A stretch of DNA of 64,000 nt from an uncultured Chloroflexia bacterium (lineage in GTDB: Bacteria; Chloroflexota; Dehalococcoidia; UBA2979). Positions 20,504 through 28,883 of this stretch are shown piece by piece (position 1 is the first letter of the stretch; each line of letters opens with the position of its first letter). Location of the stretch: the NCBI GenBank assembly GCA_963728205.1, contig CAVSIV010000006.1:1184001-1248000 (forward strand), in the 5' to 3' direction. The position numbers and the translations under genes are program-made. The notes under the pieces are model-generated. The model was not told the origin of the DNA. It worked only from the letters and a program-made list of their open reading frames with translations, and made no database searches.

Positions 20504-20785
20504 ATGACGGTGAAGGTGCACGTCACCTCGGTCATTCAGAAGGTGGTCGATGGCCAGCGCGAGTTCGACGGCGACGGCGCGACGGTCGGCGAGCTGATCA
20601 CGAACATCGATCAGCGTTACCCCGGCTTCGCCAAGCAGCTGCTGGATGGCGAGGGCAAGCTGCACCGCTTCGTGAACGTCTACCTCAACGACGAGGACGT
20701 GCGGTACCTGGGTGGCCAGGACACGCCGCTGTCGGACGGCGATCACGTGTCGATCCTGCCCGCGCTCGCGGGCGGGTCGCGCTAG
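20504..20785 (+). CDS. MoaD/ThiS (CysO-like) sulfur carrier with GG-SR extension
   Basis: RFVNVYLNDEDVRY, ILPALAGGSR-stop; directly upstream of the CysM-type gene. Confidence 0.92.
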   Translation: MTVKVHVTSVIQKVVDGQREFDGDGATVGELITNIDQRYPGFAKQLLDGEGKLHRFVNVYLNDEDVRYLGGQDTPLSDGDHVSILPALAGGSR

Positions 20786-20802
20786 GAACCGGCGGGCGCC
20801 CC

Positions 20803-21738
20803 ATGCGGTACGCCAGCGTGCTCGAGATGGTCGGGCACACCCCGCTCGTCGAGATCTCGCAGCTCTCGCCGAACCCCAGCGTCCAGATCTTCGCGAAGCT
20901 CGAGGGGCAGAACCCCACCGGCTCGGTCAAGGACCGCATCGCGAAGTTCATGATCGAGGCGGCCGAGGCGCGCGGCGAGCTCAAGCCCGGGCAGGTGATC
21001 TGCGAGCCAACGTCGGGCAACACCGGCATCGGCCTCGCGCTGATCGCGAGCCTGCGCGGCTACCCGATGAAGGTGGTCATGCCCGACGCCGTGAGCGCCG
21101 AGCGCACCGAGCTGCTGCGCGCGTACGGCGCCGAGATCATCTACTCGCCGGGAGACCTCGGCACGAATGGCTCCGTCGCGAAGGCGAAGGAGCTGCGCGC
21201 CGAGCACCCGGACTGGTTCTTCCCGTTCCAGTACGAGAACGCCGAGAACCCGCGCGCGCACTACGAGACCACGGGCCCCGAGATCATCGAGGACCTGCCG
21301 GACGTCACGGCGTTCGTCGCGGGGCTCGGCACCGGCGGGACGCTCACGGGCGTCGGCCGGCGGCTGAAGGAATACAACCCGGCGATCCGCGTGATCGCGG
21401 CGGCGCCCCACCCCGGCGACATGGTGCAGGGGCTGCGCTCGATGGAGGAGGGCTACATCCCGCCCGTCTTCGACGACTCCATTCTCGACGGCCGCATCGT
21501 GGTCGATTCCGCGACATCGTTCGCGATGACCAAGGAGCTCACGCAGCGCACCGGCATCTTCGCCGGCATCTCGAGCGGCGCGGCGGTGCGCGCGGCGCAG
21601 CGCGCCGCCGAGCGGGTGGCGCAGGGCAAGATCGTCTGCCTGCTTGCGGACGGCGGCTGGAAATACCTGTCGACCGGGCTGTGGAGCCGCGACTACCAGG
21701 ACATCACGGAGGACGTGAAAGAGAAGCTGTGGTGGTGA
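20803..21738 (+). CDS. cysM: CysM-type (sulfur-carrier-dependent) cysteine synthase
   Basis: NPTGSVKDR, GLGTGGTLTG, GIFAGISSGA, ADGGWKYLSTG and C-terminal LWW resemble actinobacterial CysM. Confidence 0.85.
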   Translation: MRYASVLEMVGHTPLVEISQLSPNPSVQIFAKLEGQNPTGSVKDRIAKFMIEAAEARGELKPGQVICEPTSGNTGIGLALIASLRGYPMKVVMPDAVSAERTELLRAYGAEIIYSPGDLGTNGSVAKAKELRAEHPDWFFPFQYENAENPRAHYETTGPEIIEDLPDVTAFVAGLGTGGTLTGVGRRLKEYNPAIRVIAAAPHPGDMVQGLRSMEEGYIPPVFDDSILDGRIVVDSATSFAMTKELTQRTGIFAGISSGAAVRAAQRAAERVAQGKIVCLLADGGWKYLSTGLWSRDYQDITEDVKEKLWW

Positions 21739-21757
21739 GCGGCGCGCCCGCGCGCGC

Positions 21758-22045
21758 TCAGGCGACGCCGCGCTGGCGGAGCGTGCCCTCGGACGCGCGG
21801 CGGTCGCCCTCGCGCATCGGAGCGACCTCGCACACCTCGCAGGGGTCCTGCAGCTTGTGGCGCAGGATCGCGGCGATGCGCTCGCCGCAGCGGCGGCACA
21901 TGTACGCGGAGATCACGCCGGCCGGACCGGCGGCGAAGCGGTTGAACTCGCTCGGCCCGCTCACGACGGCGCCCGGCATCAGCGTCAGCTCGAAGCCCTC
22001 GTGTTCGATCGGCTTGCGGCAGGTGTCGCACAGCAACGCGAGCAT
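21758..22045 (-). CDS. Small hypothetical protein with three CxxC motifs
   Basis: CDTC, CRRC, CEVC; GGAGG RBS; fills the gap between cysM and the rhodanese. Confidence 0.7.
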   Translation of the reverse strand: MLALLCDTCRKPIEHEGFELTLMPGAVVSGPSEFNRFAAGPAGVISAYMCRRCGERIAAILRHKLQDPCEVCEVAPMREGDRRASEGTLRQRGVA

Positions 22046-22166
22046 GGGTGCCTCCCGGGGCGAGCACGGCCGATCCGCGCAGCGCTCCCGCTGAGATCAT
22101 CGGCGGGACCCGCGCGTCCCCACAGGCCCGACCGCGTCGCGCAGGGCCCGCGACGAGGAGGAGACG

Positions 22167-23045
22167 ATGGTCGACGCGAGGAGCGATCCGGGCGAGCGCT
22201 CCGCGGTGCCGCGGGTGGTGAGCTGCGACTGGGCGGCGGAGCACCTGGGGGACTCGGGCGTGCGGTTCGTCGAGGTCGACGTCGACACCGAGGCATACGG
22301 CGAGGGACACATCGAGGGTGCGGTCGCCTGGAACTGGACGACGCAGCTGCAGGATCCGCGGCGGCGCGACATCCTCGGCCCCGACGCGTTCGCGGAGTTG
22401 ATGGGGCGCTCCGGCATCACGCGCGACACGCACGTCGTCCTCTACGGCGATAACAACAACTGGTTCGCCGCCTTCGGGCTCTGGCTGCTCGAGCTGTACG
22501 GCCATGAGCGGGCGTCGCTGATGGACGGCGGCCGCGTGAAATGGCTGGGCGACGACCGCCCCACGACGTCGACCGTCCCCGCGGTCGAGGCGGTCGAGTA
22601 CGGCACCCCGACCCTCGACCCGGCGCAGCGTGCACGACGCGACGACGTGCTGGCCGCGCTCACGGCCGGGGGCGCGCAGCTGATCGACGTGCGCAGCCCC
22701 GCGGAGTTCTCGGGCGAGGTGATCGCGCCGCCGGGGATGACTGAGACCGCGCAGCGCGGCGGGCACATTCCCGGCGCGCTCAACGTGCCCTGGGCGCGGG
22801 CCGTGAACGAGGACGGGACGTTCAAGACGCCCGCCGAGCTGCGGCAGCTCTATGGCGCCGCCGGGCTGCGCGACGGCGGCGACGAGACGATCGTGTACTG
22901 CCGGATCGGGGAGCGCTCGGCGCATACGTGGTTCGTGCTGCGGCACCTGCTCGGCCTCCCCCGCGTGAAGAACTACGACGGGTCCTGGACCGAGTACGGG
23001 TCGCTGATCGGCGTGCCGATCGAGCGCGAGCACGAGGAGGGGTGA
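22167..23045 (+). CDS. Two-domain rhodanese sulfurtransferase (CysA/SseA type)
   Basis: GHIEGAV, YGDNNNWFAA, DVRSPAEFSG, GGHIPGA, active-site YCRIGERS, NYDGSWTEYG. Confidence 0.93.
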   Translation: MVDARSDPGERSAVPRVVSCDWAAEHLGDSGVRFVEVDVDTEAYGEGHIEGAVAWNWTTQLQDPRRRDILGPDAFAELMGRSGITRDTHVVLYGDNNNWFAAFGLWLLELYGHERASLMDGGRVKWLGDDRPTTSTVPAVEAVEYGTPTLDPAQRARRDDVLAALTAGGAQLIDVRSPAEFSGEVIAPPGMTETAQRGGHIPGALNVPWARAVNEDGTFKTPAELRQLYGAAGLRDGGDETIVYCRIGERSAHTWFVLRHLLGLPRVKNYDGSWTEYGSLIGVPIEREHEEG

Positions 23046-23046
23046 C

Positions 23047-23442
23047 ATGGCGTCGAGCGTCGGCGTCCTCGAGCAGGCCGTTTTGCGGCGCGCGCTGGCG
23101 GCGCGCGACGCGGCCCGGCTGCCGCTGCGCTTCCACGCAGCGGTGGTCGACCGCTACCGCGAGCATGCGAGCGCGCAGCTGCTGCGCACGCGCACCGTCG
23201 GCCGCATCGCGATCCCGGGGCGGTGGACGCTCGACCTCGGCATCGTCGACGGGGACGCCGCGCCGAAGACCGGACCGGAGGTCCACCTCCCGTTCCAGGA
23301 CTTCGTCGACCGCCTGCCCGAGGCAGAGTGGCCGCACTGGATCGAGCACCTGGTGGAGGTGCCGGCGAGCGCGAACTTCCTGCAGATGCGGATGACGCCC
23401 GGCGCCTGCATCGACGACGGCGAGACGCACGACTGGGAGTGA
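23047..23442 (+). CDS. Hypothetical protein (131 aa) within the sulfur cluster
   Basis: Starts 1 nt after the rhodanese stop, GGAGG RBS; no family recognised. Confidence 0.75.
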   Translation: MASSVGVLEQAVLRRALAARDAARLPLRFHAAVVDRYREHASAQLLRTRTVGRIAIPGRWTLDLGIVDGDAAPKTGPEVHLPFQDFVDRLPEAEWPHWIEHLVEVPASANFLQMRMTPGACIDDGETHDWE

Positions 23443-23507
23443 CGCCGCGGCGGGCCGGCGGGCCTCCGCGGATCGAGTGCCCGAGTGTCCGAACGATGGA
23501 GGACCGC

Positions 23508-23945
23508 ATGCCCCGCATTCCGCGCGCGATCGTCGACGCCATGATCGCGCACGCTCGCGAGGACCTGCCCAACGAGGCCTGCGGCATGGTGCACGCCCGC
23601 GACGGCGTGCCCATCGCCGTGCATCGCGTGCAGAACGCGGCGGCGAGCCCGTACCGCTACGAGATGAACCCGCTGCAGATGATGCGGCTGGAGAACCAGC
23701 GCGACGAGACGGGCGAGACGCTGTTTGCGATCTACCACTCGCACGTCGCTTCCGAAGCACGCCCGTCGCCGACCGACGTGCGCATGGCGTTCTTCCCGCC
23801 CGGCGAGACCGACCGGGAGCCGATGTACCCGCAGACCTACTACATCCTCGTGTCGCTCGCCCAGGAGCCGCCCGACGTCCGCGCGTTCTTCATCCGGCAG
23901 GGCGGCGTGATCGACGAGGAGTCGGTGGAGGTCGTGGCGGGCTGA
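23508..23945 (+). CDS. JAMM/Mov34 (M67) metallopeptidase, Mec-like
   Basis: PNEACG and IYHSHVASEARPSPTD (E...HxH-x7-S-x2-D). Confidence 0.93.
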   Translation: MPRIPRAIVDAMIAHAREDLPNEACGMVHARDGVPIAVHRVQNAAASPYRYEMNPLQMMRLENQRDETGETLFAIYHSHVASEARPSPTDVRMAFFPPGETDREPMYPQTYYILVSLAQEPPDVRAFFIRQGGVIDEESVEVVAG

Positions 23946-24001
23946 CCCGCAAGTTTGCGCGGCCGGGTGGGCCCGACGGCAGCGGCTGCTACGCTGCGCG
24001 C

Positions 24002-24886
24002 ATGCCGGCCGCGTCCGCCCCTCACCCCGCCCCGTGTCCTGCGCCGCCCCCGCTGCGCATCGGCTCACGCGACTTCGCGTGGGGCACCCGCACCTTCATC
24101 ATGGGCATCATCAACGCGACGCCCGACTCCTTCTCCGGCGACGGCCTGCTCGACCCCGCCGCGGCGGCGGATCGCGCCCGCGCGATGGTGGAGGCAGGCG
24201 CAGACCTCGTCGACCTGGGTGCCGAGTCGACGCGCCCGGGCTATGCCGGGGTGGACGCCGGCGAGGAGTGGCGGCGGCTTGCGCCGGTGCTCGACGCCGT
24301 GCGCCGCGCGGTCGACGCGCCGCTGAGCATCGACACCACGAAGGTGGAGGTGGCGCGCCGGGCGCTCGACGCGGGCGGCGACCTGCTGAACGACGTCAAC
24401 GGGCTGCGCGGCGACCCGGCGCTGGCGGCGGTGCTCGCGCGCAGCGGCAAGCCCGCCGTGCTGATGCACAACCAGCGCGGACGCGCGTTCGGCGGTGATG
24501 TGATCGCGGACGTGCACGCGGGGCTTGCCGCGGGCGTGGCGATCGCGGAGGGGGCGGGCGTGCCGCGTGCGCGCCTGATCGTCGACCCGGGCTTCGGGTT
24601 CGGCTGGACGCCCCTGCAGAACCTCGAGCTGCTGCGCCGGCTCGGCGAGCTGTGTGCGCTCGGGTGTGCGCTGCTCGTCGGGACGTCGCGCAAGTCCACG
24701 ATCGGGCAGGTGCTGGGACGCGCGGAGGGCGATCGGCGCTGGGGGACGGCGGCCACGGTCGCTCTGGCGATTGCGGCCGGCGCGGACGTCGTGCGCGTGC
24801 ACGATGTCGACGAGATGGCGCAGGTCGCGCGCATGGCGGATGCGGTCGTGCGCTCGGCGCAGCCGGCGCCCGGGCAGGCGCGCTGA
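24002..24886 (+). CDS. folP: Dihydropteroate synthase
   Basis: MGIINATPDSFSGDG, GAESTRPG, SIDT, NDV, DPGFGF, SRKS, RVHDV. Confidence 0.95.
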   Translation: MPAASAPHPAPCPAPPPLRIGSRDFAWGTRTFIMGIINATPDSFSGDGLLDPAAAADRARAMVEAGADLVDLGAESTRPGYAGVDAGEEWRRLAPVLDAVRRAVDAPLSIDTTKVEVARRALDAGGDLLNDVNGLRGDPALAAVLARSGKPAVLMHNQRGRAFGGDVIADVHAGLAAGVAIAEGAGVPRARLIVDPGFGFGWTPLQNLELLRRLGELCALGCALLVGTSRKSTIGQVLGRAEGDRRWGTAATVALAIAAGADVVRVHDVDEMAQVARMADAVVRSAQPAPGQAR

Positions 24887-24889
24887 CCG

Positions 24890-25459
24890 GTGGCCGGCGT
24901 GCCGGCGGGCGAGCGACGCGTGTACCTCGGGCTGGGGAGCAACCTCGGCGACCGCGTCGCGCATCTCCGCGCCGGGCTCGACGCGCTGCGCGCCGGCGGG
25001 GTGACGCTGGACGCGGTGTCGGCCGTCTACGACACGCCGCCGTGGGGCGTCACCGAGCAGCCGCGCTTCGCGAACATCGCAGTCGCCGCGCGCACCGCGC
25101 TCAGCCCACACGCGCTGCTCGCGCTCGCGAAGCACGTCGAGGCCGACGCCGGCCGCGACTTCGAGGCGGCGCGCTGGAGCGCCCGCCCGCTCGATATCGA
25201 CCTGCTGCTCATCGAGGGCGAGGTGATCGACAGCGCGGAGCTGTCGGTGCCGCACGTGCACATGCACGAGCGCGCGTTCGTGCTCGTGCCGCTCGCCGCG
25301 GTCGCGCCGCGCGCGCGGCACCCCCTGTTCGGCCAGACGGTCCAGGCGCTGCTCGACGAGCTGCCGCCGAGCGAGCGCGTGGGCGTGACGGTGCTGGTGC
25401 CGGCCGGCTGGTACGAGGCGGCCGGAGACGACGGGGGAGGTGAGGCGCCTACTCCGTGA
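24890..25459 (+). CDS. folK: HPPK (hydroxymethyldihydropteridine diphosphokinase)
   Basis: YLGLGSNLGDR, RPLDIDLL, PH..MHERAFVLVPL. Confidence 0.95.
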   Translation: MAGVPAGERRVYLGLGSNLGDRVAHLRAGLDALRAGGVTLDAVSAVYDTPPWGVTEQPRFANIAVAARTALSPHALLALAKHVEADAGRDFEAARWSARPLDIDLLLIEGEVIDSAELSVPHVHMHERAFVLVPLAAVAPRARHPLFGQTVQALLDELPPSERVGVTVLVPAGWYEAAGDDGGGEAPTP

Positions 25460-25760
25460 CCGTGTCGGGCGGCGGCGCGCCCTCGATCGCCTCGCTCGTG
25501 TCGGGTGCCTCGTCGAACGTCGTGGGCGCCGGCGGCGGGAACGGCTCGGTCCCGAAGTCTGCCGGGTGATCCCAGTCCGTCGTCGCCATCGTGTAGCCGA
25601 CCCAGAAGCCCAGGCCCGAGAGCGCGCCGAGGCCGATGCCGACGGGGATCGCCAGCGCCAGGTACGAGCGGCGCGTGGCCGCGACCAGGAAGAGCACGAG
25701 CTGGACGACCGACAGCGCCATCAGCGCGCGGCCGATCTGGCGGGTCTGCTCCTGCGTCAT
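25449..25760 (-). CDS. Hypothetical membrane protein (2 TM)
   Basis: Two hydrophobic segments and an acidic/Pro tail; coupled to the Trm112-like gene. Confidence 0.7.
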   Translation of the reverse strand: MTQEQTRQIGRALMALSVVQLVLFLVAATRRSYLALAIPVGIGLGALSGLGFWVGYTMATTDWDHPADFGTEPFPPPAPTTFDEAPDTSEAIEGAPPPDTVTE

Positions 25761-25984
25761 GCGCCCGTCTCCCCGGCGCGAGCGGCCTCCGCCTCCATCT
25801 CGCGACGGAGGTCCGGTGGCAGCAGGTTCGGGATGCCCTCGGAGATCGGGTAGCGCTCATTGCAGGCCGCGCACGTGAGCGCGCCCTCGAGCACCTCGCC
25901 GTCCGGAGATTCGCTCGTGGCCTCGAGGCTCAGCTCGCCCTTGCAGACCGGGCAGGCGAGGATGTCCATCAGGTCGCGGCGCAT
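25757..25984 (-). CDS. Trm112-like protein
   Basis: MRRDLMDILACPVCKGEL...EGALTCAACNERYPISEGIPNLLP (real gene at the tail of the 946-aa shadow ORF). Confidence 0.9.
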   Translation of the reverse strand: MRRDLMDILACPVCKGELSLEATSESPDGEVLEGALTCAACNERYPISEGIPNLLPPDLRREMEAEAARAGETGA

Positions 25985-26098
25985 CGGCGTGTCCTCTGGT
26001 GCATGCGGGACGAGCGAGGCTCGATCATAGGCGGGGCGACCAGACCCGGGCAACGCGGCGGATCGCCCCACCGGGGTCGCGCGCATAGACTCCGAGGC

Positions 26099-26785
26099 GT
26101 GACCAGCGATCACCCCGAGCCCGCCGTCGAGCGCATCGCGCTCCACCGCGCCGTCGCCGTCATCAAGCCCGACAGCATCGCCGTGCGCCCGCCGCGGTCC
26201 GCGTTCATGGGCCCCCTGTTCCAGGCGGCGCTCGCCGCCGGCGCCGTGTGGCTGATCGTCGCGTTCATGAACGTCCTGCCGCTCTGGCTGCTCGGCGTGC
26301 TGCTGGTGTTCGCGATCATCTTCGGACCCACGGCGGTGCTCGGCGTCGTCTACAACGTCGCCGGCACGAGCTTCATCGTGGAGCGCCACAAGCAGTCGGC
26401 CCGCTGGCAGCAGGGGTTTCTCGGCCTCGGGATCGGCACGCACGAGCTCGTGCCGTTCTGGCGGATCAAGCGCATCGAGGTCGTGAGCGACGCCGACGAC
26501 ACGCTGAGCGGCGGCGATGTCCAGGACGTGGTCCGGTGGGAGATCCGGCTCGTGAAGGACAACGATCGCGTGCTGGAGATCGCCAGCGTGCTCGCCGCGC
26601 GCCCGCTGGCGCGACGCGGTGCGCAGCGCGCGAATCGCTTCGCGGAGGCGCTCGGCGCCATGGCCGGCGCGGCCACCGACCTGGCCCCCCTCCCGGAGCC
26701 GCCGTCCGAGCCCGCGTCGCACGCGGAGCAGGCGGCCGGCGCGCCCGCCGAGGCGCCGCGCCGCCGCTATCGCCGCCTCGGCTGA
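26099..26785 (+). CDS. Hypothetical membrane protein
   Basis: GTG after GAGG; two TM helices followed by a beta-rich soluble domain. Confidence 0.7.
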   Translation: MTSDHPEPAVERIALHRAVAVIKPDSIAVRPPRSAFMGPLFQAALAAGAVWLIVAFMNVLPLWLLGVLLVFAIIFGPTAVLGVVYNVAGTSFIVERHKQSARWQQGFLGLGIGTHELVPFWRIKRIEVVSDADDTLSGGDVQDVVRWEIRLVKDNDRVLEIASVLAARPLARRGAQRANRFAEALGAMAGAATDLAPLPEPPSEPASHAEQAAGAPAEAPRRRYRRLG

Positions 26786-26838
26786 CATACGCTGATCGCG
26801 AGCGCCGACACGGCGTCCGGGGACGACAGGAGGCAGCC

Positions 26839-27243
26839 ATGGACCGCGCGATGGAGCTGATCCGCGACGCAAAGACGATCGCCGTGGTGGGCGTCTCGGC
26901 GAAGCCCGACCGCCCGTCGCACGACGTCGCGCGCTACCTGATCGAGCACGGCTACACCGTCTACCTCGTGAACCCCACGGAGACCGAGGTGCTCGGCCGT
27001 CCGGTGTACGCGAGCGTCGCGGACCTGCCCGAGCCCGTCGACATCGTGGACGTGTTTCGTCGACCCGGCGACGTTCCGCCGGTCGTCGAGGACGCGATCG
27101 CCGCGCGCGCGAAGACGGTGTGGATGCAGCTCGGGATCGTGAACGAAGACGCCGCCGCGCGCGCCCGCGACGCGGGTCTCGAGGTCGTGATGGACCGCTG
27201 CACGAAGATCGAGCACGCTCGCCTCGCCGCGGAAGCCCGGTAG
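26839..27243 (+). CDS. CoA-binding protein (YccU-like)
   Basis: TIAVVGVSAKPDRPS, VDIVDVFRR, VWMQLGI, VVMDRC. Confidence 0.92.
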   Translation: MDRAMELIRDAKTIAVVGVSAKPDRPSHDVARYLIEHGYTVYLVNPTETEVLGRPVYASVADLPEPVDIVDVFRRPGDVPPVVEDAIAARAKTVWMQLGIVNEDAAARARDAGLEVVMDRCTKIEHARLAAEAR

Positions 27244-27337
27244 TGCCGCGCGCGGACCGGCGCCGGCGCGGCGGTCCGTGGCGCGGAAAAGGCAAGGTGA
27301 TACACTCGCGTTCCAGACGGCAGCGCGCGAGGGAGCG

Positions 27338-28801
27338 ATTCACCTGATCCCGAGCCTGCGCGAGAAGTGTGGCGTATTCGGCGTCTTCGCCCCCGGTGAA
27401 GATGTCGCGCGCATCACCTTCTTTGGACTGCATGCACTGCAGCACCGCGGACAGGAGTCCGCGGGCATCGCCACATCCGACGGCGACCGTCTGCACCTCT
27501 ACGCCGACATGGGCCTCGTCACCCAGATCTTCCAGGAGCGCCGCCTCGCTGCGCTCGTGGGCGACGCCGCCATCGGCCACACCCGCTACTCCACCACCGG
27601 CTCGAGCATCCAGGGCAACGCCCAGCCGCTCCTCGTCCAGAGCGCGGACGGCCCGCTCGCGATCGCGCACAACGGCAACGTCGTGAACGCGGAGTTGCTG
27701 CGCGAGGACCTCGTCGAGCGCGGCGCCGAGTTCCAGACCAGCACCGACACCGAGGTGCTCGCCCAGATGCTCGTCCTCGGGCCCGGCGAGACCCTCGAAG
27801 ACCGCTTCGCCAACCTCATGCGCCGCGCGAACGGCGCGTACAGCCTGACGCTCCTCACGCTCGACGCGGTCTACGCGGTGCGCGACCCGATGGGCATCCG
27901 GCCGCTGTGCATCGGCCGCATCAACGGCCACGGCTGGGTGTTCGCGTCGGAGACCTGCGCGCTCGACCACCTCGGTGCCGAGTTCATCCGCGAGGTGGCC
28001 CCCGGCGAAGTGGTGCGCGCCGACGCCGACGGACTGACGTCGTACTTCCCGCTGGGCGAGGAGCCGGAGCGCGAACGCCTCTGCCTCTTCGAGTTCATCT
28101 ACTTCGCGCGGCCGGACTCCTACCTGAACGGCGAGCGCATCTACCCCGCCCGCATGCGCATGGGGGCGCGCCTCTCGCAGGAGCACCCGGTCGAGGCCGA
28201 CATCGTGATCGGCGTGCCGGACTCCGCCACCGCCGCGGCCATCGGCTACGCGCAGGCGTCGGGCATCCCGTATGCCGAGGGCCTGGTGAAGAACCGCTAC
28301 GTCGGCCGCACGTTCATCCAGCCCGATCAGCGGCTGCGCGAGCAGGGCGTTGCGCTCAAGTTCAACCCGCTGCGCGAGGTGCTCGAGGGCAAGCGCGTGA
28401 TCGTGGTCGACGACTCGATCGTGCGCGGCACGACCACCCCGCGCATCGTCGCGATGCTGCGCAAGGCCGGCGTGACCGAGGTGCACATGCGCATCACGTC
28501 GCCGCCGATCACGCACCCGTGCTTCTACGGCGTCGACATGGCGACGCGCGCGGAGCTGATCGGCGCGCACCGCTCCGTCGAGGACATCCGCGCGCACATC
28601 GGCGCCGACTCGCTGGGCTACCTCTCGCTGGAGGGCACGATCGAAGCGACCGGCGTCGGACAGGGGCGGCAGTGCGCCGCGTGCTTCTCGGGGCAGTACC
28701 CGAGCGATGTGCCGCTCGAGCTCGACAAGCTCGTGCTCGAGGCCAGCCTCACGGGGGAGCGCCGCTCGGGCGCGCCGCGACGCATCCCCGTGCGGGTGTG
28801 A
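27338..28801 (+). CDS. purF: Amidophosphoribosyltransferase (start uncertain: ATT 27338, CTG 27344 or GTG 27278)
   Basis: EKCGVFG, LQHRGQESAG, GHTRYSTTG, FEFIYFARPDS, VDDSIVRGTT, PCFYGVD. Confidence 0.95.
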   Translation: MHLIPSLREKCGVFGVFAPGEDVARITFFGLHALQHRGQESAGIATSDGDRLHLYADMGLVTQIFQERRLAALVGDAAIGHTRYSTTGSSIQGNAQPLLVQSADGPLAIAHNGNVVNAELLREDLVERGAEFQTSTDTEVLAQMLVLGPGETLEDRFANLMRRANGAYSLTLLTLDAVYAVRDPMGIRPLCIGRINGHGWVFASETCALDHLGAEFIREVAPGEVVRADADGLTSYFPLGEEPERERLCLFEFIYFARPDSYLNGERIYPARMRMGARLSQEHPVEADIVIGVPDSATAAAIGYAQASGIPYAEGLVKNRYVGRTFIQPDQRLREQGVALKFNPLREVLEGKRVIVVDDSIVRGTTTPRIVAMLRKAGVTEVHMRITSPPITHPCFYGVDMATRAELIGAHRSVEDIRAHIGADSLGYLSLEGTIEATGVGQGRQCAACFSGQYPSDVPLELDKLVLEASLTGERRSGAPRRIPVRV

Positions 28802-28883
28802 GCGCGGCCGGGAGCGCCGTAGCGCCGAAGCACCGACCTCGTTACGTTCCTCGCACTCGCACTCCCCGCGATTCGAGTCACCG

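Noticed and set aside
17318-23945. Ubl/E1/JAMM as an anti-phage or protein-conjugation system (Bil, CBASS-like)
   Set aside because: No recognisable E2 or effector; the context (cysK, cysM, rhodanese, SAM riboswitch) indicates sulfur transfer.
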